DNA from: Eledone cirrhosa
Taxonomy: Eukaryota
Assembly (NCBI GenBank): GCA_964016885.1
Contig: OZ024759.1
Coordinates: forward strand, 1,178,001 to 1,242,000
Reading direction: 5' to 3'
Length of the DNA: 64,000 bases
Positions within the stretch are counted from its first letter, which is position 1; the number at the start of each line of letters is the position of its first letter. The notes beneath the pieces were generated by a model, which saw only the letters and a program-made list of their open reading frames with translations, was not told the DNA's origin and did no database searches. Position numbers and translations under genes: made by a program. Shown here in pieces: positions 15,400 through 29,975 of this stretch.

Positions 15400-18130
15400 A
15401 TGACACAGTTTATATTAGTAACATGACAAAGTCTATATTAGTAACATGACAAAGTCTATATTAGTAACATGGCAGTCTATATTAGTTACATGACAAAGTC
15501 TATATTAGTAACATGACACAGTCTATATTAGTAACATGACAAAGACTCTATTAGTAACATGACAAAGTCTATATTAGTAACATGACAGTCTATATTAGTA
15601 ACATGACAAAATCTATATTAGTAACATGACAGTCTATATTAGTAACATGACAAAGTCTATATTAGTAACATGACAGTCTATATTGTACCATGACACAGTC
15701 TATATTAGTAACATGACATAGTCTATATTAGTAACATGACAAAGTCTATATTAGTAACATGACAGTCTATATTGTAACATGACACAGTCTATATTAGTAA
15801 CATGACACAGTCTATATTAGTAACATGACAGTCTATATTAGTAACATGACAAAGTCTATATTAGTAACATGACACAGTCTATATTAGTAGCATGACAAAG
15901 TCTATATTAGTAACATGACAAAGTCTATATTAGTAGCATGACAAAGTCTATATTAGTAACATGACAAAGTCTATATTAGTAACATGACAAAGTCTATATT
16001 AGTAGCATGACACAGTCTATATTAGTAACATGACAAAGTCTATATTAGTAACATGACAAAGTCTATATTAGTAACATGACACAGTCTATATTAGTAACAT
16101 GACACAGTCTATATTAGTAACATGACAAAGTCTATATTAGTAGCATGACAAAGTCTATATTAGTAACATGACACAGTCTATATTAGTAACATGACAAAGT
16201 CTATATTAGTAGCATGACAAAGTCTATATTAGTAACATGACAAAGTCTATATTAGTAACATGACACAGTCTATATTAGTAACATGACAGTCTATATTAGT
16301 AAAATGACAGTCCATATTAGTAGCATGACAAAGTCTATATTAGTAACATGACAAAGTCTATATTAGTAACATGACACAGTCTATATTAGTAACATGACAC
16401 AGTCTATATTAGTAACATCACACAGTCTATATTAGTAACATGACAAAGTCTATATTAGTAACATGGCAAAGTCTATATTAGTAACATGACAAAGTCTATA
16501 TTAGTAACATGACAGTCTATATTAGTAACATGACAAAGTCTATATTAGTAACATGACAAAGTCTATATTAGTAACATGACAGTCTATATTAGTAACATGA
16601 CACAGTCTATATTAGTAACATGACAAAGTCTATATTAGTAACATGACACAGTCTATATTAGTAACATGACACAGTCTATATTAGTAACATGACACAGTTT
16701 ATATTAGTAACATGACAAAGTCTATATTAGTAACATGACAAAGTCTATATTAGTAACATGGCAGTCTATATTAGTAACATGACAAAGTCTATATTAGTAA
16801 CATGACACAGTCTATATTAGTAACATGACAAAGACTCTATTAGTAACATGACAAAGTCTATATTAGTAACATGACAGTCTATATTAGTAACATGACAAAA
16901 TCTATATTAGTAACATGACAGTCTATATTAGTAACATGACAAAGTCTATATTAGTAACATGACAGTCTATATTGTACCATGACACAGTCTATATTAGTAA
17001 CATGACATAGTCTATATTAGTAACATGACAAAGTCTATATTAGTAACATGACAGCCTATATTGTAACATGACACAGTCTATATTAGTAACATGACACAGT
17101 CTATATTAGTAACATGACAGTCTATATTAGTAACATGACACAGTCTATATTAGTAACATGACACAGTCTATATTAGTAACATGACAGTCTATATTAGTAG
17201 CATGGCAATGTCTATATTAGTAACATGACACAGTCTATATTAGTAACAAGACATAGTCTATATTAGTAACATGACATAGTCTATATTAGTAGCATGACAA
17301 AGTCTATATTAGTAACATGACAAAGTCTATATTAGTAACATGACACAGTCTATCTTAGTAACATGACAAAGTCTATATTAGTAACATGACACAGTCTATA
17401 TTAGTAACATGACAAAGTCTATATTAGTAGCATGACAAAGTCTATATTAGTAACATGACACAGTCTATATTAGTAACATGACAAAGTCTATATTAGTAAC
17501 GTGACAAAGTCTATATTAGTAACATGACAAAGTCTATATTAGTAACATGACTAAGTCTATATTAGTAACATGACACAGTCTATATTAGTAACATGACAGT
17601 CTATATTAGTAGCATGACAAAGTCTATATTAGTAACATGACACAGTCTATATTAGTAACATGACACAGTCTATATTAGTAACATGACACAGTCTATATTA
17701 GTAACATGACAGTCTATATTAGTAACATGACACATTCTATATTAGTAACATGACAAAGTCTATATTAGTAGCATGACAAAGTCTATATTAGTAACATGAC
17801 AGTCTATATTAGTAACATGCCAAAGTCTATATTAGTAGCATGACAAAGTCTATATTAGTAACATGACACAGTCTATATTAGTAACATGACACAGTCTATA
17901 TTAGTAACATGACACAGTCTATATTAGTAGCATGACAAAGTCTATATTAGTAACATGACAAAGTCTATATTAGTAACATGACAAAGTCTATATTAGTAAC
18001 ATGACAAAGTCTATATTAGTAACATGACACAGTGTATATTAGTAATATGACAGTCTATATTAGTAGCATGACAAAGTCTATATTAGTAACATGACAAAGT
18101 CTATATTAGTAACATGACACAGTCTATATT
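15400..18130. repeat. Copy of ~1342-4170 (offset 14,058, then 13,968 after a 90-bp deletion)
   Basis: gacacagttt 1344/15402 and tgacagcc 2991/17049 give 14058. gacacattct 3761/17729 gives 13968. The ggcaaagtctatgtt unit is missing near 17720. Confidence 0.82.
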
Positions 18131-18749
18131 AGTAACATGACAGTCTATATTAGTAGCATGACAAAGTCTATATTAGTAACATGACAAAGTCTATATTAGT
18201 AACATGACACAGTCTATATTAGTAACATGACACAGTCTATATTAGTAACATGACAGTCTATATTAGTAACATGACAAAGTCTATATTAGTAACATGGCAA
18301 AGTCTATGTTAGTAACATGACAAAGTCTATATTAGTAACATGACAGTCTATATTAGTAACATGACACATTCTATATTAGTAACATGACAAAGTCTATATT
18401 AGTAGCATGACAAAGTCTATATTAGTAACATGACAGTCTATATTAGTAACATGCCAAAGTCTATATTAGTAGCATGACAAAGTCTATATTAGTAACATGA
18501 CACAGTCTATATTAGTAACATGACACAGTCTATATTAGTAACATGACACAGTCTATATTAGTAGCATGACAAAGTCTATATTAGTAACATGACAAAGTCT
18601 ATATTAGTAACATGACAAAGTCTATATTAGTAACATGACACAGTGTATATTAGTAATATGACAGTCTATATTAGTAGCATGACAAAGTCTATATTAGTAA
18701 CATGACAAAGTCTATATTAGTAACATGACACAGTCTATATTAGTAACAT

Positions 18750-21700
18750 GACACAGTCTATATTAGTAACATGACACAGTCTATATTAGTAACATGACAA
18801 AGTCTATATTAGTAACATGGCAAAGTCTATATTAGTAACATGACAAAGTCTATATTAGTAACATGACAAGGTCTATATTAGTAACATGACACAGTCTATA
18901 TAAGTAACATGACAAAGTCTATATTAGTAACATGACAGTCTATATTAGTAACATGCCAAAGTCTATATTAGTAGCATGACAAAGTCTATATTAGTAGCAT
19001 GACACAGTCTATATTAGTAACATGACATAGTCTATATTAGTAACATGACACAGTCTATATTAGTATCATGACAAAGTCTATATTAGTAACATGACAAAGT
19101 CTATATTAGTAACATGAGAAAGTCTATATTAGTAACATGACACAGTCTATATTAGTAACATGACAAAGTCTATATTAGTAACATGACACAGTCTATATTA
19201 GTAACATGACACAGTCTATATTAGTAACATGACAAAGTCTATATTAGTAGCATGACAAAGTCTATATTAGTAACATGACAAAGTCTATATTAGTAACATG
19301 GCACAGTCTATATTAGTAACATGACAAAGTCTATATTAGTAACATGACGGTCTATATTAGTAACATGACAGTCTATATTAGTAGCATGACAAAGTCTATA
19401 TTAGTAACATGACACAGTCTATATCAGTAACATGACACAGTCTATATTAGTAACATGACAAAGTCTATATTAGTAGCATGACAAAGTCTATATTAGTAAC
19501 ATGACACAGTCTATATTAGTAACATGACAAAGTCTATATTAGTAGCATGACAAAGTCTATATTAGTAACATGACAAAGTCTATATTAGTAACATGACACA
19601 GTCTATATTAGTAACATGACAGTCTATATTAGTAACATGACAGTCCATATTAGTAGCATGACAAAGTCTATATTAGTAACATGACAAAGTCTATATTAGT
19701 AACATGACACAGTCTATATTAGTAACATGACACAGTCTATATTAGTAACATCATACAGTCTATATTAGTAACATGACAAAGTCTATATTAGTAACATGGC
19801 AAAGTCTATATTAGTAACATGACACAGTCTATATTAGTAACATGACAAGGCCTATATTAGTAACATGACACAGTCTATATTAGTAACATGACAAAGTCTA
19901 TATTAGTAACATGACAGTCTATATTAGTAACATGACAAAGTCTATATTAGTAACATGACAAAGTCTATATTAGTAACATGACAGTCTATATTAGTAACAT
20001 GACACAGTCTATATTAGTAACATGACAAAGTCTATATTAGTAACATGACACAGTCTATATTAGTAACATAACACAGTCTATATTAGTAACATGACACAGT
20101 TTATATTAGTAACATGACAAAGTCTATATTAGTAACATGACAAAGTCTATATTAGTAACATGGCAGTCTATATTAGTTACATGACAAAGTCTATATTAGT
20201 AACATGACACAGTCTATATTAGTAACATGACAAAGACTCTATTAGTAACATGACAAAGTCTATATTAGTAACATGACAGTCTATATTAGTAACATGACAA
20301 AATCTATATTAGTAACATGACAGTCTATATTAGTAACATGACAAAGTCTATATTAGTAACATGACAGTCTATATTGTACCATGACACAGTCTATATTAGT
20401 AACATGACATAGTCTATATTAGTAACATGACAAAGTCTATATTAGTAACATGACAGTCTATATTGTAACATGACACACTCTATATTAGTAACATGACACA
20501 GTCTATATTAGTAACATGACAGTCTATATTAGTAACATGACAAAGTCTATATTAGTAACATGACACAGTCTATATTAGTAGCATGACAAAGTCTATATTA
20601 GTAACATGACAAAGTCTATATTAGTAGCATGACAAAGTCTATATTAGTAACATGACAAAGTCTATATTAGTAACATGACAAAGTCTATATTAGTAGCATG
20701 ACACAGTCTATATTAGTAACATGACAAAGTCTATATTAGTAACATGACAAAGTCTATATTAGTAACATGACACAGTCTATATTAGTAACATGACACAGTC
20801 TATATTAGTAACATGACAAAGTCTATATTAGTAGCATGACAAAGTCTATATTAGTAACATGACACAGTCTATATTAGTAACATGACAAAGTCTATATTAG
20901 TAGCATGACAAAGTCTATATTAGTAACATGACAAAGTCTATATTAGTAACATGACACAGTCTATATTAGTAACATGACAGTCTATATTAGTAAAATGACA
21001 GTCCATATTAGTAGCATGACAAAGTCTATATTAGTAACATGACAAAGTCTATATTAGTAACATGACACAGTCTATATTAGTAACATGACACAGTCTATAT
21101 TAGTAACATCACACAGTCTATATTAGTAACATGACAAAGTCTATATTAGTAACATGGCAAAGTCTATATTAGTAACATGACAAAGTCTATATTAGTAACA
21201 TGACAGTCTATATTAGTAACATGACAAAGTCTATATTAGTAACATGACAAAGTCTATATTAGTAACATGACAGTCTATATTAGTAACATGACACAGTCTA
21301 TATTAGTAACATGACAAAGTCTATATTAGTAACATGACACAGTCTATATTAGTAACATGACACAGTCTATATTAGTAACATGACACAGTTTATATTAGTA
21401 ACATGACAAAGTCTATATTAGTAACATGACAAAGTCTATATTAGTAACATGGCAGTCTATATTAGTAACATGACAAAGTCTATATTAGTAACATGACACA
21501 GTCTATATTAGTAACATGACAAAGACTCTATTAGTAACATGACAAAGTCTATATTAGTAACATGACAGTCTATATTAGTAACATGACAAAATCTATATTA
21601 GTAACATGACAGTCTATATTAGTAACATGACAAAGTCTATATTAGTAACATGACAGTCTATATTGTACCATGACACAGTCTATATTAGTAACATGACATA

Positions 21701-24700
21701 GTCTATATTAGTAACATGACAAAGTCTATATTAGTAACATGACAGCCTATATTGTAACATGACACAGTCTATATTAGTAACATGACACAGTCTATATTAG
21801 TAACATGACAGTCTATATTAGTAACATGACACAGTCTATATTAGTAACATGACACAGTCTATATTAGTAACATGACAGTCTATATTAGTAGCATGGCAAT
21901 GTCTATATTAGTAACATGACACAGTCTATATTAGTAACAAGACATAGTCTATATTAGTAACATGACATAGTCTATATTAGTAGCATGACAAAGTCTATAT
22001 TAGTAACATGACAAAGTCTATATTAGTAACATGACACAGTCTATCTTAGTAACATGACAAAGTCTATATTAGTAACATGACACAGTCTATATTAGTAACA
22101 TGACAAAGTCTATATTAGTAGCATGACAAAGTCTATATTAGTAACATGACACAGTCTATATTAGTAACATGACAAAGTCTATATTAGTAACGTGACAAAG
22201 TCTATATTAGTAACATGACAAAGTCTATATTAGTAACATGACTAAGTCTATATTAGTAACATGACACAGTCTATATTAGTAACATGACAGTCTATATTAG
22301 TAGCATGACAAAGTCTATATTAGTAACATGACACAGTCTATATTAGTAACATGACACAGTCTATATTAGTAACATGACACAGTCTATATTAGTAACATGA
22401 CAGTCTATATTAGTAACATGACAAAGTCTATATTAGTAACATGGCAAAGTCTATGTTAGTAACATGACAAAGTCTATATTAGTAACATGACAGTCTATAT
22501 TAGTAACATGACACATTCTATATTAGTAACATGACAAAGTCTATATTAGTAGCATGACAAAGTCTATATTAGTAACATGACAGTCTATATTAGTAACATG
22601 CCAAAGTCTATATTAGTAGCATGACAAAGTCTATATTAGTAACATGACACAGTCTATATTAGTAACATGACACAGTCTATATTAGTAACATGACACAGTC
22701 TATATTAGTAGCATGACAAAGTCTATATTAGTAACATGACAAAGTCTATATTAGTAACATGACAAAGTCTATATTAGTAACATGACAAAGTCTATATTAG
22801 TAACATGACACAGTGTATATTAGTAATATGACAGTCTATATTAGTAGCATGACAAAGTCTATATTAGTAACATGACAAAGTCTATATTAGTAACATGACA
22901 CAGTCTATATTAGTAACATGACAGTCTATATTAGTAACATGACAAAGTCTATATTAGTAACATGACACAGTCTATATTAGTAACATGACAAAGTCTATAT
23001 TAGTAACATGACAAAGTCTATATTAGTAACATGACAGTCTATATTAGTAACATGACAAAGTCTATATTAGTAACATGACAAAGTCTCTATTAGTAACATG
23101 ACAAAGTCTATATTAGTAACATGACAAAGTCTCTATTAGTAACATGACAAAGTCTATATTAGTAACATGACAGTCTATATTAGTAACATGACAAAGTCTA
23201 TATTAGTAACATGACAGTCTATATTGTAACATGACACAGTCTATATTAGTAACATGACACAGTTTATATTAGTAACATGACATAGTCTATATTAGTAACA
23301 TGACAAAGTCTATATTAGTAACATGACAGTCTATATTGTAACATGACACAGTCTATATTAGTAACATGACAGTCTATATTAGTGACATGACAAAGTCTAT
23401 ATTAGTAACATGACAAAGTCTATATTAGTAACATGACAAAGTCTATATTAGTAACATGACAAAGTCTATATTAGTAGCATGACACAGTCTATATTAGTAA
23501 CATGACAAAGTCTATATTAGTAACATGACAAAGTCTATATTAGTAACATGACACAGTCTATATTAGTAACATGACACAGTCTATATTAGTAACATGACAA
23601 AGTCTATATTAGTAGCATGACAAAGTCTATATTAGTAACATGACAAAGTCTATATTAGTAACATGACACAGTCTATATTAGTAACATGACAGTCTATATT
23701 AGTAAAATGACAGTCCATATTAGTAGCATGACAAAGTCTATATTAGTAACATGACAAAGTCTATATTAGTAACATGACACAGTCTATATTAGTAACATGA
23801 CACAGTCTATATTAGTAACATCACACAGTCTATATTAGTAACATGACAAAGTCTATATTAGTAACATGGCAAAGTCTATATTAGTAACATGACAAAGTCT
23901 ATATTAGTAACATGACAAGGCCTATATTAGTAATATGACACAGTCTATATTAGTAACATGACAAAGTCTATATTAGTAACATGACAGTCTATATTAGTAA
24001 CATGACAAAGTCTATATTAGTAACATGACAAAGTCTATATTAGTAACATGACAGTCTATATTAGTAACATGACACAGTCTATATTAGTAACATGACAAAG
24101 TCTATATTAGTAACATGACACAGTCTATATTAGTAACATGACAAAGACTCTATTAGTAACATGACAAAGTCTATATTAGTAACATGACAGTCTATATTAG
24201 TAACATGACAAAATCTATATTAGTAACATGACAGTCTATATTAGTAACATGACAAAGTCTATATTAGTAACATGACAGTCTATATTGTACCATGACACAG
24301 TCTATATTAGTAACATGACATAGTCTATGTTAGTAACATGACAAAGTCTATATTAGTAACATGACAGTCTATATTGTAACATGACACAGTCTATCTTAGT
24401 AACATGACACAGTCTATATTAGTAACATGACAGTCTATATTAGTAACATGACACAGTCTATATTAGTAACATGACCCAGTCTATATTAGTAACATGACAG
24501 TCTATATTAGTAGCATGGCAATGTCTATATTAGTAACATGACACAGTCTATATTAGTAACAAGACATTGTCTATATTAGTAACATGACAAAGTCTATATT
24601 AGTAACATGACAAAGTCTATATTAGTAACATGACAAAGTCTATATTAGTAACATGACAAAGTCTATATTAGTAACATGACTAAGTCTATATTAGTAACAT

Positions 24701-27700
24701 GACACAGTCTATATTAGTAACATGACAGTCTATATTAGTAGCATGACAAAGTCTATATTAGTAACATGACAAAGTCTATATTAGTAACATGACACAGTCT
24801 ATATTAGTAACATGACACAGTCTATATTAGTAACATGACAGTCTATATTAGTAACATGACAAAGTCTATATTAGTAACATGGCAAAGTCTATGTTAGTAA
24901 CATGACAAAGTCTATATTAGTAACATGACAGTCTATATTAGTAACATGACACATTCTATATTAGTAACATGACAAAGTCTATATTAGTAGCATGACAAAG
25001 TCTATATTAGTAACATGACAGTCTATATTAGTAACATGCCAAAGTCTATATTAGTAGCATGACACAGTCTATATTAGTAACATGACAAAGTCTATATTAG
25101 TAACATGACAAAGTCTATATTAGTAACATGACACAGTCTATATTAGTAACATGACACAGTCTATATTAGTAACATGACAAAGTCTATATTAGTAGCATGA
25201 CAAAGTCTATATTAGTAACATGACACAGTCTATATTAGTAACATGACAAAGTCTATATTAGTAGCATGACAAAGTCTATATTAGTAACATGACAAAGTCT
25301 ATATTAGTAACATGACACAGTCTATATTAGTAACATGACAGTCTATATTAGTAAAATGACAGTCCATATTAGTAGCATGACAAAGTCTATATTAGTAACA
25401 TGACAAAGTCTATATTAGTAACATGACACAGTCTATATTAGTAACATGACACAGTCTATATTAGTAACATCACACAGTCTATATTAGTAACATGACAAAG
25501 TCTATATTAGTAACATGGCAAAGTCTATATTAGTAACATGACAAAGTCTATATTAGTAACATGACAGTCTATATTAGTAACATGACAAAGTCTATATTAG
25601 TAACATGACAAAGTCTATATTAGTAACATGACAGTCTATATTAGTAACATGACACAGTCTATATTAGTAACATGACAAAGTCTATATTAGTAACATGACA
25701 CAGTCTATATTAGTAACATGACACAGTCTATATTAGTAACATGACACAGTTTATATTAGTAACATGACAAAGTCTATATTAGTAACATGACAAAGTCTAT
25801 ATTAGTAACATGGCAGTCTATATTAGTAACATGACAAAGTCTATATTAGTAACATGACACAGTCTATATTAGTAACATGACAAAGACTCTATTAGTAACA
25901 TGACAAAGTCTATATTAGTAACATGACAGTCTATATTAGTAACATGACAAAATCTATATTAGTAACATGACAGTCTATATTAGTAACATGACAAAGTCTA
26001 TATTAGTAACATGACAGTCTATATTGTACCATGACACAGTCTATATTAGTAACATGACATAGTCTATATTAGTAACATGACAAAGTCTATATTAGTAACA
26101 TGACAGCCTATATTGTAACATGACACAGTCTATATTAGTAACATGACACAGTCTATATTAGTAACATGACAGTCTATATTAGTAACATGACACAGTCTAT
26201 ATTAGTAACATGACACAGTCTATATTAGTAACATGACAGTCTATATTAGTAGCATGGCAATGTCTATATTAGTAACATGACACAGTCTATATTAGTAACA
26301 AGACATAGTCTATATTAGTAACATGACATAGTCTATATTAGTAGCATGACAAAGTCTATATTAGTAACATGACAAAGTCTATATTAGTAACATGACACAG
26401 TCTATCTTAGTAACATGACAAAGTCTATATTAGTAACATGACACAGTCTATATTAGTAACATGACAAAGTCTATATTAGTAGCATGACAAAGTCTATATT
26501 AGTAACATGACACAGTCTATATTAGTAACATGACAAAGTCTATATTAGTAACGTGACAAAGTCTATATTAGTAACATGACAAAGTCTATATTAGTAACAT
26601 GACTAAGTCTATATTAGTAACATGACACAGTCTATATTAGTAACATGACAGTCTATATTAGTAGCATGACAAAGTCTATATTAGTAACATGACACAGTCT
26701 ATATTAGTAACATGACACAGTCTATATTAGTAACATGACACAGTCTATATTAGTAACATGACAGTCTATATTAGTAACATGACAAAGTCTATATTAGTAA
26801 CATGGCAAAGTCTATGTTAGTAACATGACAAAGTCTATATTAGTAACATGACAGTCTATATTAGTAACATGACACATTCTATATTAGTAACATGACAAAG
26901 TCTATATTAGTAGCATGACAAAGTCTATATTAGTAACATGACAGTCTATATTAGTAACATGCCAAAGTCTATATTAGTAGCATGACAAAGTCTATATTAG
27001 TAACATGACACAGTCTATATTAGTAACATGACACAGTCTATATTAGTAACATGACACAGTCTATATTAGTAGCATGACAAAGTCTATATTAGTAACATGA
27101 CAAAGTCTATATTAGTAACATGACAAAGTCTATATTAGTAACATGACAAAGTCTATATTAGTAACATGACACAGTGTATATTAGTAATATGACAGTCTAT
27201 ATTAGTAGCATGACAAAGTCTATATTAGTAACATGACAAAGTCTATATTAGTAACATGACACAGTCTATATTAGTAACATGACACAGTCTATATTAGTAA
27301 CATGACAAAGTCTATATTAGTAACATGACACAGTCTATATTAGTAACATGACAAAGTCTATATTAGTAACATGACAAAGTCTATATTAGTAACATGACAG
27401 TCTATATTAGTAACATGACAAAGTCTATATTAGTAACATGACAAAGTCTCTATTAGTAACATGACAAAGTCTATATTAGTAACATGACAAAGTCTCTATT
27501 AGTAACATGACAAAGTCTATATTAGTAACATGACAGTCTATATTAGTAACATGACAAAGTCTATATTAGTAACATGACAGTCTATATTGTAACATGACAC
27601 AGTCTATATTAGTAACATGACACAGTTTATATTAGTAACATGACATAGTCTATATTAGTAACATGACAAGGTCTATATTAGTAACATGACAGTCTATATT

Positions 27701-29975
27701 GTAACATGACACAGTCTATATTAGTAACATGACAGTCTATATTAGTGACATGACAAAGTCTATATTAGTAACATGACAAAGTCTATATTAGTAACATGAC
27801 AAAGTCTATATTAGTAACATGACAAAGTCTATATTAGTAGCATGACACAGTCTATATTAGTAACATGACAAAGTCTATATTAGTAACATGACAAAGTCTA
27901 TATTAGTAACATGACACAGTCTATATTAGTAACATGACACAGTCTATATTAGTAACATGACAAAGTCTATATTAGTAGCATGACAAAGTCTATATTAGTA
28001 ACATGACAAAGTCTATATTAGTAACATGACACAGTCTATATTAGTAACATGACAGTCTATATTAGTAAAATGACAGTCCATATTAGTAGCATGACAAAGT
28101 CTATATTAGTAACATGACAAAGTCTATATTAGTAACATGACACAGTCTATATTAGTAACATGACACAGTCTATATTAGTAACATCACACAGTCTATATTA
28201 GTAACATGACAAAGTCTATATTAGTAACATGGCAAAGTCTATATTAGTAACATGACAAAGTCTATATTAGTAACATGACAAGGCCTATATTAGTAATATG
28301 ACACAGTCTATATTAGTAACATGACAAAGTCTATATTAGTAACATGACAGTCTATATTAGTAACATGACAAAGTCTATATTAGTAACATGACAAAGTCTA
28401 TATTAGTAACATGACAGTCTATATTAGTAACATGACACAGTCTATATTAGTAACATGACAAAGTCTATATTAGTAACATGACACAGTCTATATTAGTAAC
28501 ATGACAAAGACTCTATTAGTAACATGACAAAGTCTATATTAGTAACATGACAGTCTATATTAGTAACATGACAAAATCTATATTAGTAACATGACAGTCT
28601 ATATTAGTAACATGACAAAGTCTATATTAGTAACATGACAGTCTATATTGTACCATGACACAGTCTATATTAGTAACATGACATAGTCTATGTTAGTAAC
28701 ATGACAAAGTCTATATTAGTAACATGACAGTCTATATTGTAACATGACACAGTCTATCTTAGTAACATGACACAGTCTATATTAGTAACATGACAGTCTA
28801 TATTAGTAACATGACACAGTCTATATTAGTAACATGACCCAGTCTATATTAGTAACATGACAGTCTATATTAGTAGCATGGCAATGTCTATATTAGTAAC
28901 ATGACACAGTCTATATTAGTAACAAGACATTGTCTATATTAGTAACATGACAAAGTCTATATTAGTAACATGACAAAGTCTATATTAGTAACATGACAAA
29001 GTCTATATTAGTAACATGACAAAGTCTATATTAGTAACATGACTAAGTCTATATTAGTAACATGACACAGTCTATATTAGTAACATGACAGTCTATATTA
29101 GTAGCATGACAAAGTCTATATTAGTAACATGACAAAGTCTATATTAGTAACATGACACAGTCTATATTAGTAACATGACACAGTCTATATTAGTAACATG
29201 ACAGTCTATATTAGTAACATGACAAAGTCTATATTAGTAACATGGCAAAGTCTATGTTAGTAACATGACAAAGTCTATATTAGTAACATGACAGTCTATA
29301 TTAGTAACATGACACATTCTATATTAGTAACATGACAAAGTCTATATTAGTAGCATGACAAAGTCTATATTAGTAACATGACAGTCTATATTAGTAACAT
29401 GCCAAAGTCTATAATAGTAGCATGACAAAGTCTATATTAGTAACATGACACAGTCTATATTAGTAACATGACACAGTCTATATTAGTAACATGACACAGT
29501 CTATATTAGTAGCATGACAAAGTCTATATTAGTAACATGACAAAGTCTATATTAGTAACATGACAAAGTCTATATTAGTAACATGACACAGTGTATATTA
29601 GTAATATGACAGTCTATATTAGTAGCATGACAAAGTCTATATTAGTAACATGACAAAGTCTATATTAGTAACATGACACAGTCTATATTAGTAACATGAC
29701 ACAGTCTATATTAGTAACATGACACAGTCTATATTAGTAACATGACAAAGTCTATATTAGTAACATGGCAAAGTCTATATTAGTAACATGACAAAGTCTA
29801 TATTAGTAACATGACAAGGTCTATATTAGTAACATGACACAGTCTATATAAGTAACATGACAAAGTCTATATTAGTAACATGACAGTCTATATTAGTAAC
29901 ATGCCAAAGTCTATATTAGTAGCATGACAAAGTCTATATTAGTAGCATGACACAGTCTATATTAGTAACATGACA
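18750..29975. repeat. Near-identical duplicate of 1-11226 (offset 18,749), containing two more 4.36-kb HOR copies (~20679-25039 and ~25040-29427)
   Basis: ataag 151/18900 and 11099/29848, and atgacacact 1721/20470, all give offset 18749. One difference seen: T10665 versus A29414. The match ends at 11226/29975. Confidence 0.92.
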
